A stretch of DNA of 25,746 nt, from NCBI GenBank assembly GCA_039802265.1, contig JBDRWI010000033.1:1-25746 (forward strand). Direction: 5' to 3'. The notes beneath the pieces were generated by a model. It was not told the origin of the DNA and ran no database searches. It saw nothing but the letters and a program-made list of their open reading frames with translations. The number at the start of each line of letters is the position of its first letter. Position 1 is the first letter of the stretch. Shown piece after piece: positions 1-9,800 of this stretch. The position numbers and the translations under genes are program-made. Source of the DNA: a candidate division WOR-3 bacterium. GTDB taxonomy: Bacteria > Hydrothermota > Tepidihabitantia > SM23-42 > JAOAFX01.

Positions 1-2
1 CA

Positions 3-443
3 CAAATTGAAGGCATAATCCCTGAGGCATTCCTGATGGATGGCGAGATTACAGTTACGGTAGAAGTAACCCAGGGTGAACTTGCAGTCTTGAGCGCTAT
101 TGTGCTTGAGCGTGAGCCAAAAGGTCAGGGTGGCGGTCCACATTCTCTTATGGTTAAAGAGATTCCTTCTACTTTCACCTTAAATTGTTTCCCCAATCCA
201 TCAAGAAAGCGCACTTTGATAGCATATACTCTTCCGTATCCTTGCGAGGTAGAGTTATCAGTCTATAACTCATTAGGAGAGTTAATCCAGATAATTGAGC
301 ATAGCAGGCAATCAGCCGGGGTCTATAATGTAAACTGGAACAACAATGATTCTAACAAAAAAGATGTTGCCAGTGGTATTTATTTCGTTAATCTAAAGAC
401 TCCAGAAAAGACCATAGTTAAGAAACTTGTTGTGCTTGAATGA
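3..443 (+). CDS. 5'-truncated secreted protein ending in a T9SS type-A / FlgD-Ig-like C-terminal domain
   Basis: The frame is open from position 3 (QIEGIIPEAFLMDG...), so the gene starts upstream of the window. The C-terminus matches the CTD pattern FPNP...Y.L....V.L.VYN..G...G.Y...WN...ASGIYFV.L....KKLVVLE. Confidence 0.85.
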   Translation, partial: QIEGIIPEAFLMDGEITVTVEVTQGELAVLSAIVLEREPKGQGGGPHSLMVKEIPSTFTLNCFPNPSRKRTLIAYTLPYPCEVELSVYNSLGELIQIIEHSRQSAGVYNVNWNNNDSNKKDVASGIYFVNLKTPEKTIVKKLVVLE

Positions 444-450
444 AAATAAT

Positions 451-478
451 TGGCGGGGGTGTTTTCTCACCCCCGCCA
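451..478. other. Perfect 11-bp GC-rich stem-loop (RNA processing/stability hairpin or weak terminator)
   Basis: TGGCGGGGGTG-ttttct-CACCCCCGCCA. On the + strand it is followed by GGAGG rather than a U-tract. Confidence 0.6.
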
Positions 479-495
479 GGAGGTAATGAATGAGA

Positions 496-541
496 CCCTC
501 ACCCTTCCCTCTCCCTTGACGGGCGAGGATTAAGATGAGGG
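496..541. repeat. BoxC/REP-like palindromic interspersed repeat
   Basis: CCCTCACCCTTCCCTCTCCC-ttgac-GGGCGAGG...TGAGGG is an imperfect hairpin resembling the widespread CCCTCACCC..CCCTCTCCC..GGGAGAGGG repeat type. Confidence 0.55.
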
Positions 542-555
542 AGAAAGGAGGTATG

Positions 556-2694
556 ATGCCTGCTCGCCAGAATTTGGCGATAATCTGTCTATGTGCAATG
601 CCCCTTTTCGTCTATCCCCAGGATTCCTTAAATGTCCGCTTTGTTGGTGGTTATCCATTCGGTGTTTCTTACTGGCAAACCGGTGGGATTGTGGAAGGGC
701 ATGGCTATGTCTTCTTCCAATCTGGCTCAGGTCTCATAATCTTGAATGTTGATAATCCGGAGAATCCCGTAAAAGTCGGACAAATCCTGAGTCCAATCCT
801 TATGAATCCATTTCTTAAAGATACCCTTTTGTACTGTGCCGGCTATAGCCGTGGTTTGTTAATCTATAATGTGAAAAACCCATCTCAACCAATACTTTTA
901 GGGAACTGCCCTACCACTGATTTATTGTTTAGAGTCTTTGTCCTTGATACATTTGCCTATGGATTATACCCCCATCAACTGATAATCTTCAATGTCTCAG
1001 ACCCTGCCAATCCATATATAATTAGCACCTGGGATCCACCTGAATATTCATTCACCCGAGGTATATATGTCAGGGGACATTATATTTACACTTGCGGTCC
1101 AGAAGCTTATCCCTATGCCGGGAGACTATTCATATTAGATGTTTCTGATATTACTAATCCTCTTTTAATTGGCGAATTGCCATTTATATATTCCCAACCC
1201 CATGAGATAACTGTTGCGGGTGATTACGCTTATCTGGACGTGGGAGAGATTATTAATATCTCTGACCCAACAAATCCATATCTTGTCGGGAACACACATG
1301 TTGGTGGTTTTTTACTCTGGGAGAATAACTATGTTTATTATGGGTGTGGTGGTAGCGGCATATGCATTGTTGATGTCTCAAATCCATACTCACCGTTTGT
1401 GGTTGGAGGATGCAATGAAGCGCCGGCAGGGATGATTACAAAGATTGGTGATTACCTATTTGGAAACTCAGGCACAGATATAAATGTCTTTGATGTCTCA
1501 GAGCCGGTATTCCCATTTAAGGTGGGTGAGGAGAAACTCAACGCCATTCATACTATTAGAGTTAAAATCTTGGGCAACATTGCCATTGTCAGTGACTATT
1601 ATGACCCAAGCGTAGGAACAATTGATATTACCAATCCTCAAGGTTGTTTTGAAATGGCACGATTTTACATTAACCATCATTACGACGCCTGGACCCCAGA
1701 AATAGCCGTTCAGGGCAATTATGTTTATGTAACTGCACTTGATAGCGGATTGAGAGTATTAGATATTTCTGACCCCTTTAACATTGTAGAAACAGGACAT
1801 TGTTATATACCTGGCTTTCGTTATGTGATGGCTGTTGATGTTCAAGGCGATTATGCATATGTTATTTCTTCCGGCAATTATGGGCTTGGTGTTGTAGATA
1901 TCTCAAACCCGCAGAATCCTTATCTTGTGGCTGGGATTCCTTATTTTGGTGGACATAGCATTTTTGTTGCTGGCGACTATGCCTATTGTGCGAGCGACAG
2001 CGGGCTGAAGATTATCAGTATCGCCAATCCATATAATCCCTATATCATTTCTGAATGTAATTTTACAACCTATTGCGATTATATTTATGTATCAAACAAT
2101 TACACCTTTGTTAGGGATCCCATCAATAACTGCGTAACGATTATAGATGTTTCTAATCCTTACTCCCCTTATATCGTCAGTCACATCCCTCATAGTGGGA
2201 AACCCTATGTTTCTGGAAATTTACTATACCTTGCTTGCGATGCCTTAAGAATCTATGATATCTCAAATCCTGCCTGGCCTTTGGAGATAGGTTATTACAA
2301 GTCAATAAACCTTTGTGGTGAACTAATGCCTGGCTATGATGTCATTTATGCCAATGGTTATATCTATCTTACCACCGGTTATTATGGGCTCTGGATTTTA
2401 GAATATTATGGTCAGGGTGTTCAAGAAAAGATAAGCCCTACCTTAAGTTCAAATCTTATGCTGAATTCAATTAGCAGAAAGATAAGTTTTTCTCTTTTAC
2501 TGAATAGACCATCCAGAGTAAAAATTGCGCTATTTGACATTACTGGTAGAAGGGTCTACTATGAAACAAATAATACCGGTTCAGGTATTCACAATAAAGA
2601 AATAAATTGTAATCAGTTATCCGCCGGTATCTATTTTTTAAGGGTTGAGACCGAAGATTGGCTTGCTACAAAAAAGGTAGTTTTATTAAAATGA
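556..2694 (+). CDS. LVIVD-repeat (beta-propeller) secreted protein with T9SS type-A CTD
   Basis: About a dozen ~40-aa repeats of V.G.YAY.....GL.I.D(I/V)S(N/D)P.NP..(V/I)G. Signal-peptide-like N-terminus and CTD (LFDITGRRV...LSAGIYFLRV...KKVVLLK). AAAGGAGG at 544-551 favours ATG 556; ATGs at 535 and 553 are alternatives. Confidence 0.85.
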   Translation: MPARQNLAIICLCAMPLFVYPQDSLNVRFVGGYPFGVSYWQTGGIVEGHGYVFFQSGSGLIILNVDNPENPVKVGQILSPILMNPFLKDTLLYCAGYSRGLLIYNVKNPSQPILLGNCPTTDLLFRVFVLDTFAYGLYPHQLIIFNVSDPANPYIISTWDPPEYSFTRGIYVRGHYIYTCGPEAYPYAGRLFILDVSDITNPLLIGELPFIYSQPHEITVAGDYAYLDVGEIINISDPTNPYLVGNTHVGGFLLWENNYVYYGCGGSGICIVDVSNPYSPFVVGGCNEAPAGMITKIGDYLFGNSGTDINVFDVSEPVFPFKVGEEKLNAIHTIRVKILGNIAIVSDYYDPSVGTIDITNPQGCFEMARFYINHHYDAWTPEIAVQGNYVYVTALDSGLRVLDISDPFNIVETGHCYIPGFRYVMAVDVQGDYAYVISSGNYGLGVVDISNPQNPYLVAGIPYFGGHSIFVAGDYAYCASDSGLKIISIANPYNPYIISECNFTTYCDYIYVSNNYTFVRDPINNCVTIIDVSNPYSPYIVSHIPHSGKPYVSGNLLYLACDALRIYDISNPAWPLEIGYYKSINLCGELMPGYDVIYANGYIYLTTGYYGLWILEYYGQGVQEKISPTLSSNLMLNSISRKISFSLLLNRPSRVKIALFDITGRRVYYETNNTGSGIHNKEINCNQLSAGIYFLRVETEDWLATKKVVLLK

Positions 2695-4163
2695 AGACCG
2701 GGCTTTTCACTCTTCTGGTATTTCCATGCGCACTTTCCTTCGCTGTGCCTTCACTCATCTGGTTTAAGGCATATGACAGTGGATATAATGACTATGCCCA
2801 GGGGATTGCGATTGATTCTTCCTGGAATGTTGTTGTTACCGGAACATCCTATAATGGAATTGATTTTGATTGCTTCACAATAAAATACAATCCATTGGGC
2901 GATACAATCTGGACAAGGAGATTTGATACCGGCACAAGTGATATTGCCCGCAGTGTAGCAATTGATGTTTCTGGTAATATTATAGTCGTTGGTTCAAGCC
3001 GCGTTGATTCCATCTATGACTATCTGATTATAAAATATGATAGTAATGGAAATCTGATCTGGGTCCGGAGATACCAGACTCAATTCAACAACTTTGGTAT
3101 GGGAGTTGCAATTGATATCAATCAGAATATTATCGTTACCGGTTATTCTTTTAACGGCAATAGTTATGATTACTTGACCATTAAATTCTCGCAAACCGGC
3201 GATACCATCTGGAGCAGAAGGCTTGACTATGGTTATAATGACCTTGCTCAGGACATTGCAGTTGATGGTGATAATAATATTATTGTAACCGGTTTTTCGT
3301 TTAGAGATTCTATCTTTGCCTATTTAACAGTTAAATATGATTCGCTGGGCAATACCCTCTGGGTAAGGCATTTCCTTTCACCCTATTATGATAATAAGGC
3401 CTATGGAGTAACCGCTGATTTTGATAATAACATCATCGTCATTGGAATGACTCCGGCTTTTCCCTACATTGTTAAATACAATCCTATGGGTGATACTCTC
3501 TGGACATATTATTATAATGGCAACTGGTGGGGCGGATGGTTTACTGAGCCGCGGGACATTACCGTTGATTCGTTGAACAATATATTATTCGTCTCTTCCT
3601 TTACTCAATTAACTTATGAATCTGACTATGCTACGATTAAGTGTACACCTGATGGTGATACTGTCTGGCATCTCTTTTTCCGGGAATCTCTTTATGACAC
3701 CCTTGATGCCTATGCCCGTGGTATTGCAATTAGCCCGATGGGTGATATTGTTGTTACGGGATATGAACATAATCATACTGATTATGACTATGTGACAGTA
3801 AAATATAGTGAGTCAGGGGTGATTGAGGAAACTCCCCAGGTTCAAGCGGCTATTGATAATTTCATAACCGTCTTTCCCAATCCCTTCACAAATTACTGCG
3901 TGATTCACTATGCATTAAGCACTATGCACTATGCAGAAAATGGAGTAGCCAGTAGTCAGAAGTCAGTGGTCAGTATGAAAATCTATAATTCCACTGGTCA
4001 GTTGGTTAAACAATTTAACCATTTAACCATTCAACCATTTAACCAAATCATCTGGGATGGGGATGAGAGTTCCGGTCAAAGATTGCCCCCTGGGGTCTAT
4101 TTTGTTTGTTTGAGATGTGGCGGTTTTTCCGCCATTAAAAAGGTAGTAAAATTGGGAGGTTAA
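2691..4163 (+). CDS. SBBP-like beta-propeller repeat protein with T9SS/FlgD-Ig CTD
   Basis: About seven ~50-aa repeats of D.A..IA.D...NIIVTG.S....DYLT(I/V)KYD..G..(I/L)W. The start ATG overlaps the upstream stop (ATGA 2691-2694). Signal peptide MKTGLFTLLVFPCALSFA; CTD FPNPF...IYN.TGQLVK...WDG...PGVYF. Confidence 0.85.
   Translation: MKTGLFTLLVFPCALSFAVPSLIWFKAYDSGYNDYAQGIAIDSSWNVVVTGTSYNGIDFDCFTIKYNPLGDTIWTRRFDTGTSDIARSVAIDVSGNIIVVGSSRVDSIYDYLIIKYDSNGNLIWVRRYQTQFNNFGMGVAIDINQNIIVTGYSFNGNSYDYLTIKFSQTGDTIWSRRLDYGYNDLAQDIAVDGDNNIIVTGFSFRDSIFAYLTVKYDSLGNTLWVRHFLSPYYDNKAYGVTADFDNNIIVIGMTPAFPYIVKYNPMGDTLWTYYYNGNWWGGWFTEPRDITVDSLNNILFVSSFTQLTYESDYATIKCTPDGDTVWHLFFRESLYDTLDAYARGIAISPMGDIVVTGYEHNHTDYDYVTVKYSESGVIEETPQVQAAIDNFITVFPNPFTNYCVIHYALSTMHYAENGVASSQKSVVSMKIYNSTGQLVKQFNHLTIQPFNQIIWDGDESSGQRLPPGVYFVCLRCGGFSAIKKVVKLGG
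3906..4048 (+). repeat. Three short tandem repeat tracts (two heptamer, one octamer) inside the CTD coding sequence
   Basis: CACTATG-CATTAAG-CACTATG-CACTATG (3906-3933); AGTAGCC-AGTAGTC-AGAAGTC-AGTGGTC (3944-3971); CAATTTAA-CCATTTAA-CCATTCAA-CCATTTAA-CCAAAT (4011-4048). Confidence 0.8.
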
Positions 4164-4165
4164 CT

Positions 4166-5816
4166 ATGAAAGACTTTTTAACCGCACAGTTGCGCTCAAC
4201 CCTTATGGGTTTAATCTTTCTTGCCGATACTCTTCAGGCTATAACCCTGCCTGCAAACGTAGACTGGGCAAAGATAGATGAGGGAGGAAGTTTTTTAGTT
4301 TCTCATACACCAGTCGTCAAAAGAACAGATTATATTCCAGTTGACTCTTCTATATCTGGCTATACAATGTGGACACAGATGCAGGAATGCCTTGCCTATA
4401 ATCCTATCCTGGGCAATCTCCAGTTTGTGTGCCGACACTTTTCCACCGCCAATATTAATGTCAATCAGACCGATTCTTCCTTCTCATTGATTGTCCATAA
4501 CCCGATGGTATATCAGGGGACATTGGGCAGTGGAAGGTATCCGACCTCGGTTGCCTCAAACACGGGTGGCTCCGTGCCGAGTGGTCCCCATATTTCATTT
4601 CCTTATCTCTTCCCCGGTCCGCAGTGGGGTGGTATGGGCGCCCAATTCGAGAGTGGGGGGCTGGTTTTCCCAGTATTGGAATCCACCAGTGGATGTGGGA
4701 CCCGGTGATGTCAATGCCCATAAGAATATCGGTAAACAACTTCCCAATGGTGATATTCTATTTATCGGTGTAACTGCGGATAACCAGATTCGCTTTAGTA
4801 CCTGGTCTTATCACCTTGATTCAATGCGTGCCAATGGAATTTTAGCCCCCGAGACTTCTTATTACTGGGGATATGATATAAATGGTGGAATTGCCTATAT
4901 CTTCTATTATAATAATAGTCTCAATATTTATTACCGGACCACAACCGATGGGATAAACTGGAGTCCAGAGCAGTTGTATGACATAATCTGGCCTGAGCCT
5001 TATGACTCAAATTATGTATTCTGGAGACAGGCGGCTGTTACTGACAATGGCGAGCCGAAGTTAATCTTTGACAATCTTGATTTGCATGACTATCACACCG
5101 GAACATATCCATATCTTGGCAAGGTCTATGTATCACCTGGTTCGGGCCAACCCTGTCGTGAGCTGTCGGTTGGGCGTGTGCGCAATTTCTATCCCACGAT
5201 TTCGGCTGGTGGTGATTATCTCGTTGGTCTGTGGCATTCGCCGGTAACGAATGATATTGATTCCTTGACCTTCTGGAATCTATTCTATAGTTATTCAACT
5301 GACAATGGAATTACCTGGAATGGTCCATTTAATATTACCTCTGACTTTCCCTATCGCCATGGCCTTGCCCAGATTTCCAAGCGGCTTGATCCGGCAACCG
5401 GTAAATTCTTCTTTGTCTTTGGTCAGGATATAGATCTCGACCATGACCCGATCTGGATCTGCTGGCGAGACCCATCAGGGTTAGACCACATGCGCTGGTA
5501 TCTTGGTAGGCGTCCGATAATCCCCGGGATAGAGGAGTGTAATATTGATAAGATTCAAACCCTTAAATTGACTGTGGCACCAAATCCAGGGATGGAACAT
5601 CTCAGTGTCTTTTATACCCTACCCAATTCCGGTTATATTCACCTGAAACTCTTTAGCGGAGACGGCAGATTAGTAAGAGAGATTGAATCGGGCTATCGTT
5701 CCGCAGGTAATTATATTGCTATTATCAACCCGGATGGACTAACCAGTGGCGCATACTTTCTGGTGCTTGAGATGGAGAATGAGACTATCTGCAGTTCAGT
5801 GGTAATTATTCATTAA
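4166..5816 (+). pseudogene. Frameshifted gene for a secreted Asp-box/BNR-motif protein with T9SS CTD (about 549 aa if repaired)
   Basis: ORF 4166-4708 has GGAGG and a signal-like N-terminus; ORF 4491-5816 has Asp-boxes (TTTDGINW, STDNGITW) and a CTD. Removing one G from G6 at 4655-4660 joins them as ...AQFESGGWFSQYWNPP..., giving 1650 nt. Confidence 0.75.
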
Positions 5817-6032
5817 CCAGAAACGGTAGCCACAGTCGGTCATACAGTGTATTGGTTTCAGGAGTGAAACCCTGACAAACTACTGAAATTTCAAGGCATT
5901 TCACCACCAGATAGTATGGTGGGGGCAGCTGTCTACCAATTTTTGTCAATTTTCCAACCTCTAAAGGATTGGTTAGGACAAATTCTGAATAGGCGATTCT
6001 GGAGATGTTTAACGAAGAAAAGAGAGATTTAA

Positions 6033-6202
6033 CCCGCATTATTCATACCGCTTTTTGCAAATTTCGCCCAAATGCAGTCCAGGCACGGGTTTACGCCATT
6101 TTTTGAGAATAGAAAATTTAGACAGACTTCCTGAAATAAATTCAGGATCACATTGTTTTTTTCTCCTTTTGTCATTGCAGGCATTGAGTATGATAATGCG
6201 GG
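6033..6202. mobile_element. MITE-like non-autonomous element, possibly IS1380-family derived
   Basis: Terminal inverted repeats CCCGCATTATTCATAC (6033-6048) and GTATGATAATGCGGG (6188-6202), with one indel. TTAA flanks both ends (6029-6032, 6203-6206). No transposase inside. Confidence 0.65.
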
Positions 6203-6242
6203 TTAAATTAACTATTGACTTTGCACAATATAAACCAAAAAC

Positions 6243-6270
6243 TTGACTTGTCTTGTTTTAGGGATATAAT
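6243..6270 (+). promoter_or_regulatory. Sigma70-type promoter for the OMP-activator operon
   Basis: TTGACT-16 nt-TATAAT, then SD AAGGAG at 6279-6284 and ATG at 6291. Confidence 0.75.
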
Positions 6271-6290
6271 AATTGCTCAAGGAGAATCTT

Positions 6291-6893
6291 ATGAAAAAAC
6301 TGGTATTGATTTTATTTATCCTTCTTTTGGCCAGTGCCTCCGGTCAGTGTCTTGCATTGGTGAAGTCGTATTTCGGTCTTAAAACCGGCATAAATTATGC
6401 AATCTTTGACCCCGATGATGAGGCGGGTAACTTTACCGGAGTTGGATTGGGAATCGGACTTGGGTTGGGAATTGATATTCTAAATACTCTTGATTTGGAG
6501 TTTGCACCTTCGTTTAGAACAACTTCTTTTAACCGAACGGTTATAAATATCCAGCACGGTGCAAATTACACCAACTTTTATCTTCCATTTGAACTCAAAC
6601 TCAAGGCCGGGATGCTCCCGGTGGTCAATCCCTATTTTGGCCTGGGATTTGCCGAAAACATCCAATTGAGTGGTGAGGCATATATTGGCGAGGTAAAGAC
6701 CGAGATTGATGAATTGGAAAATGACCTGTTCCTTCTTTTTTCCCTGGGGGCGGATATAAGTTTCATTAAACTGAAGATAAGCCCGGATTTTACTTTTAAT
6801 TTAAATCTATCGGCCGATGACCCAGACACCCAGAATCGCTCGGAAAAAAATTATGAGATAAATTTTGCTGTGGGTATATACTACACACCATAG
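6291..6893 (+). CDS. Small outer-membrane beta-barrel protein (OmpA-like/PorT-like 8-stranded barrel)
   Basis: Signal peptide MKKLVLILFILLLASASG, then FGLKTGINY, YLPFELKLK, PYFGLG and a C-terminal strand INFAVGIYY. The SD supports ATG 6291 over TTG 6273. Confidence 0.75.
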   Translation: MKKLVLILFILLLASASGQCLALVKSYFGLKTGINYAIFDPDDEAGNFTGVGLGIGLGLGIDILNTLDLEFAPSFRTTSFNRTVINIQHGANYTNFYLPFELKLKAGMLPVVNPYFGLGFAENIQLSGEAYIGEVKTEIDELENDLFLLFSLGADISFIKLKISPDFTFNLNLSADDPDTQNRSEKNYEINFAVGIYYTP

Positions 6894-9800
6894 ATGGAAG
6901 AATATGGCATAGATATCGGTTCAGTCAGTCTGAAGATTGCCCATTTTCAAAATGGGAATCTAAAAAGAACTGATTATATACCACATTCCGGCAATCCATA
7001 TAAACTACTTTTAAGAATCATCAAGGAGTTAGATAATCCGAAATATATTGCTATAACGGGTAACATTCCCAAATTGTTGATTGATAATCTGGGCGTAATG
7101 CGTATAAATGAGGTTGAATCAACGATTAGGGGCACGCTATTCTTTCATCCGGAAGTAAAATCAATCATTGAAATTGGTGGTACTAATTCAAAGTATATTC
7201 AAATTGACCGGGGGTTAAAAGACTTTTCTGCAAACACCCTCTGTGCCGCCGGCGCGGGTATATTTCTGGACCAGCAGGCACAGCGATTAATGATACCGAT
7301 AGAAAAGTTTGGGGACATTGCCCTCGGTTCGAAAAATCCAGCACGAATTGCCGGCAGGTGTTCGGTATTTGCCAAGAGCGATATGATTCATCTCCAGCAG
7401 ATTGGAACTCCGATTGAAGACCTCATTGCCGGACTCTGTCTTGCCTTGGCAAGAAATTTTAAGAGTGCAATACTGAAAGGGAAAAAAATCCAACCACCGG
7501 TAGCCTTCGTGGGTGGGGTTGCTGCTAATATTGGTGTCAGAAAGGCAATACAGGAAATTCTATCCATCACCCCGGAAAATCTGCTCGTCCCTGAACACTA
7601 TAATACCATTCCGGCAATCGGCGCAGTGCTTGTTGCGCGTCGGGCGGGCTGGACAAGGGAATTTAATGGTCTACAAAATTTTGAAAACTGGTTATCCCAG
7701 CCTGAGATTTTGAGCCGACTTCCACCGCTTGATGGAAGGAAAAACTGGAACCCGATTAGATTATGCATTCCACCCGTTCATAAGACATTGGCATATCTTG
7801 GCATTGATATAGGTTCAATTTCCACGAACTTAGTCTTGATTGACCAAAAAGGCACAGTCCTTGCCCGCAGATATCTCTGGACCAAGGGCAGACCAATAGA
7901 GGTGGTAATTCAGGGTTTAAATGAATTGAAGTCAGAAATTGGAGATAAGGTTGAGATTATCGGTGTCGGAACCACCGGCTCGGGGCGCTACCTGATCGGT
8001 GAATTTGTCGGAGCCGACCTCATCAAGAATGAAATCTCTGCCCAGGCTCGGGCAGCAATTGAGATTGACCCCCAGACCGATACAATCTTTGAAATAGGTG
8101 GGCAGGACTCAAAATATATAAGTATCAAGGACAGGACAATCGTAGATTTTGAAATGAATAAGGTCTGTGCTGCCGGAACCGGTTCCTTTCTTGAAGAGCA
8201 GTCCCAGATCCTCGGTGTCAAACTTGAGGAATTTGGCGACCGTGCCCTCCTCGCCCAATCACCCATAAATCTCGGTGAGAGATGCACGGTCTTTATCGGC
8301 ACTGAGGTAATCCACCATCAGAGGAATCTTGCAGAATGTGAAAATTTACTTGCCGGGTTGGGTTACTCAACGGTTTATAACTATCTCAACCGGGTAGTAG
8401 GGAGTAAAAAAATCGGAAGTAGAATTCTATTCCAGGGTGGGGTTGCCGCAAACAAGGCTGTTGTCTCAGCCTTTGAGCAGGTGTTGAAGAAGAAGATTAC
8501 CGTACCCCCCAATTTTGATATAACCGGTGCCATTGGTATTGCCCTTTTGGTTCGTGATGCCGGAATAAGAAAGACCAACTTCCGGGGCTTTGACCTTACC
8601 CAGAAAAACTACAAAACCGAATCATTTAGCTGTACTCATTGTAGTAATAATTGTGAAATCAACCGTATTACAATTGAAGGAGAAAAGCCAATCTTCTATG
8701 GGGGCAGGTGTGACCGATATGAAGAAAAAGAGAAACAAACAAAGAATAAAATTCCTGACCTTTTTGAAATCTACAATGAAATATTCTTTAAACTTGATAA
8801 TAATAACTGTGGTATTCCAATTGGAATACCCCGTTCTTTAGTCTTCTACGAACTATTTCCATTCTTTTATAAATTTTTAACCAGCCTCGGTTTCAATCCC
8901 ATTCTCTCTGAACCGACCAACCGTCCAATAATCCAGCAGGGCAGTGAAATCTCGGTGGCAGATACCTGTCTGCCGGTAAAGGTGGCAATGGGCCATATCC
9001 AAAGTCTTACCCAACGGGGGATAACACAGTTTTTCATACCAAGTGTAATAACGATGAAACCGAACAGTCCAATTTTTACGCGGAGTTTTGTCTGTCCTTA
9101 TGTCCAGGCATTTCCCTATCTCGTTAGTTCAATATTTGGTGAAAAAATAGCGGTCTACTCACCTTATCTATATTTTGACCGCGCCCCTAAAACATTGATT
9201 GATTCTTTATATAATAATTTTGCAAAAAAATTTGGCAAGAAAAAAGATGAGGTGAGATACGCAATTCAATGCGGATTTGAATATCAGAAAGAAATAAGAG
9301 AGCAGATTAAAGATATCGGACAGAAGATTCTTGATGAACACCAGGGTTTGGGTTTTGTAATACTATCCCGTCCCTATAATGGATATGACTCGGGTATGAA
9401 TCTAAAATTATCCCGGAAGATAAGAAATCTTGGTGTCCTGCCGATCCCCCTTGACTTCATCAAATTAAACTTCCAGCAGCTAATCGGAGATTTTCGGGAT
9501 ATGTACTGGCATTACGGTCAGAAAATCCTTGCCGCAATTGAAGAAATCAGTAATAATGAAAGACTCTATCCGGTCTATCTCTCAAATTTTGCCTGCGGTC
9601 CTGATTCATTCCTGATAAACTATTTCCGTGAGAAACTGAATAATAAACCGATGCTGGTCCTGGAACTTGATGAACATTCCGGCGATGCTGGCTTTATCAC
9701 CCGGCTGGAGGCTTTCTATGATAGTATAACAGGAAAGGCAAGGAAGACAACACCCAAAATATTTAAGGTAAAAAGTATTCTTTCAAAAAATAGAATAGTA

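Noticed and set aside
517..519. Selenocysteine or stop-codon readthrough from ATG 490 into the LVIVD gene
   Set aside because: The extension would be low-complexity repeat sequence ahead of a signal peptide, TGA is a normal stop elsewhere in the window, and a second SD/ATG lies downstream.
556..3800. Periodic nucleotide similarity suggesting a CRISPR or DNA repeat array
   Set aside because: The periodicity is explained by degenerate LVIVD and SBBP-like protein repeats. There are no identical repeats with unique spacers and no cas genes.
3..5816. Integron cassette array
   Set aside because: Genes overlap or abut with no room for attC sites, and no integrase is present in the window.
6181..6208. 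dif/Xer site (ends in GTTAAAT)
   Set aside because: Only the last 7 nt match the XerD arm, and the sequence is better explained as one arm of the inverted repeat.
5806..6246. ORFs 5806-6039 (-) and 6055-6246 (+)
   Set aside because: No SD or recognisable motifs, and both run across the MITE-like ends, so they are likely spurious.
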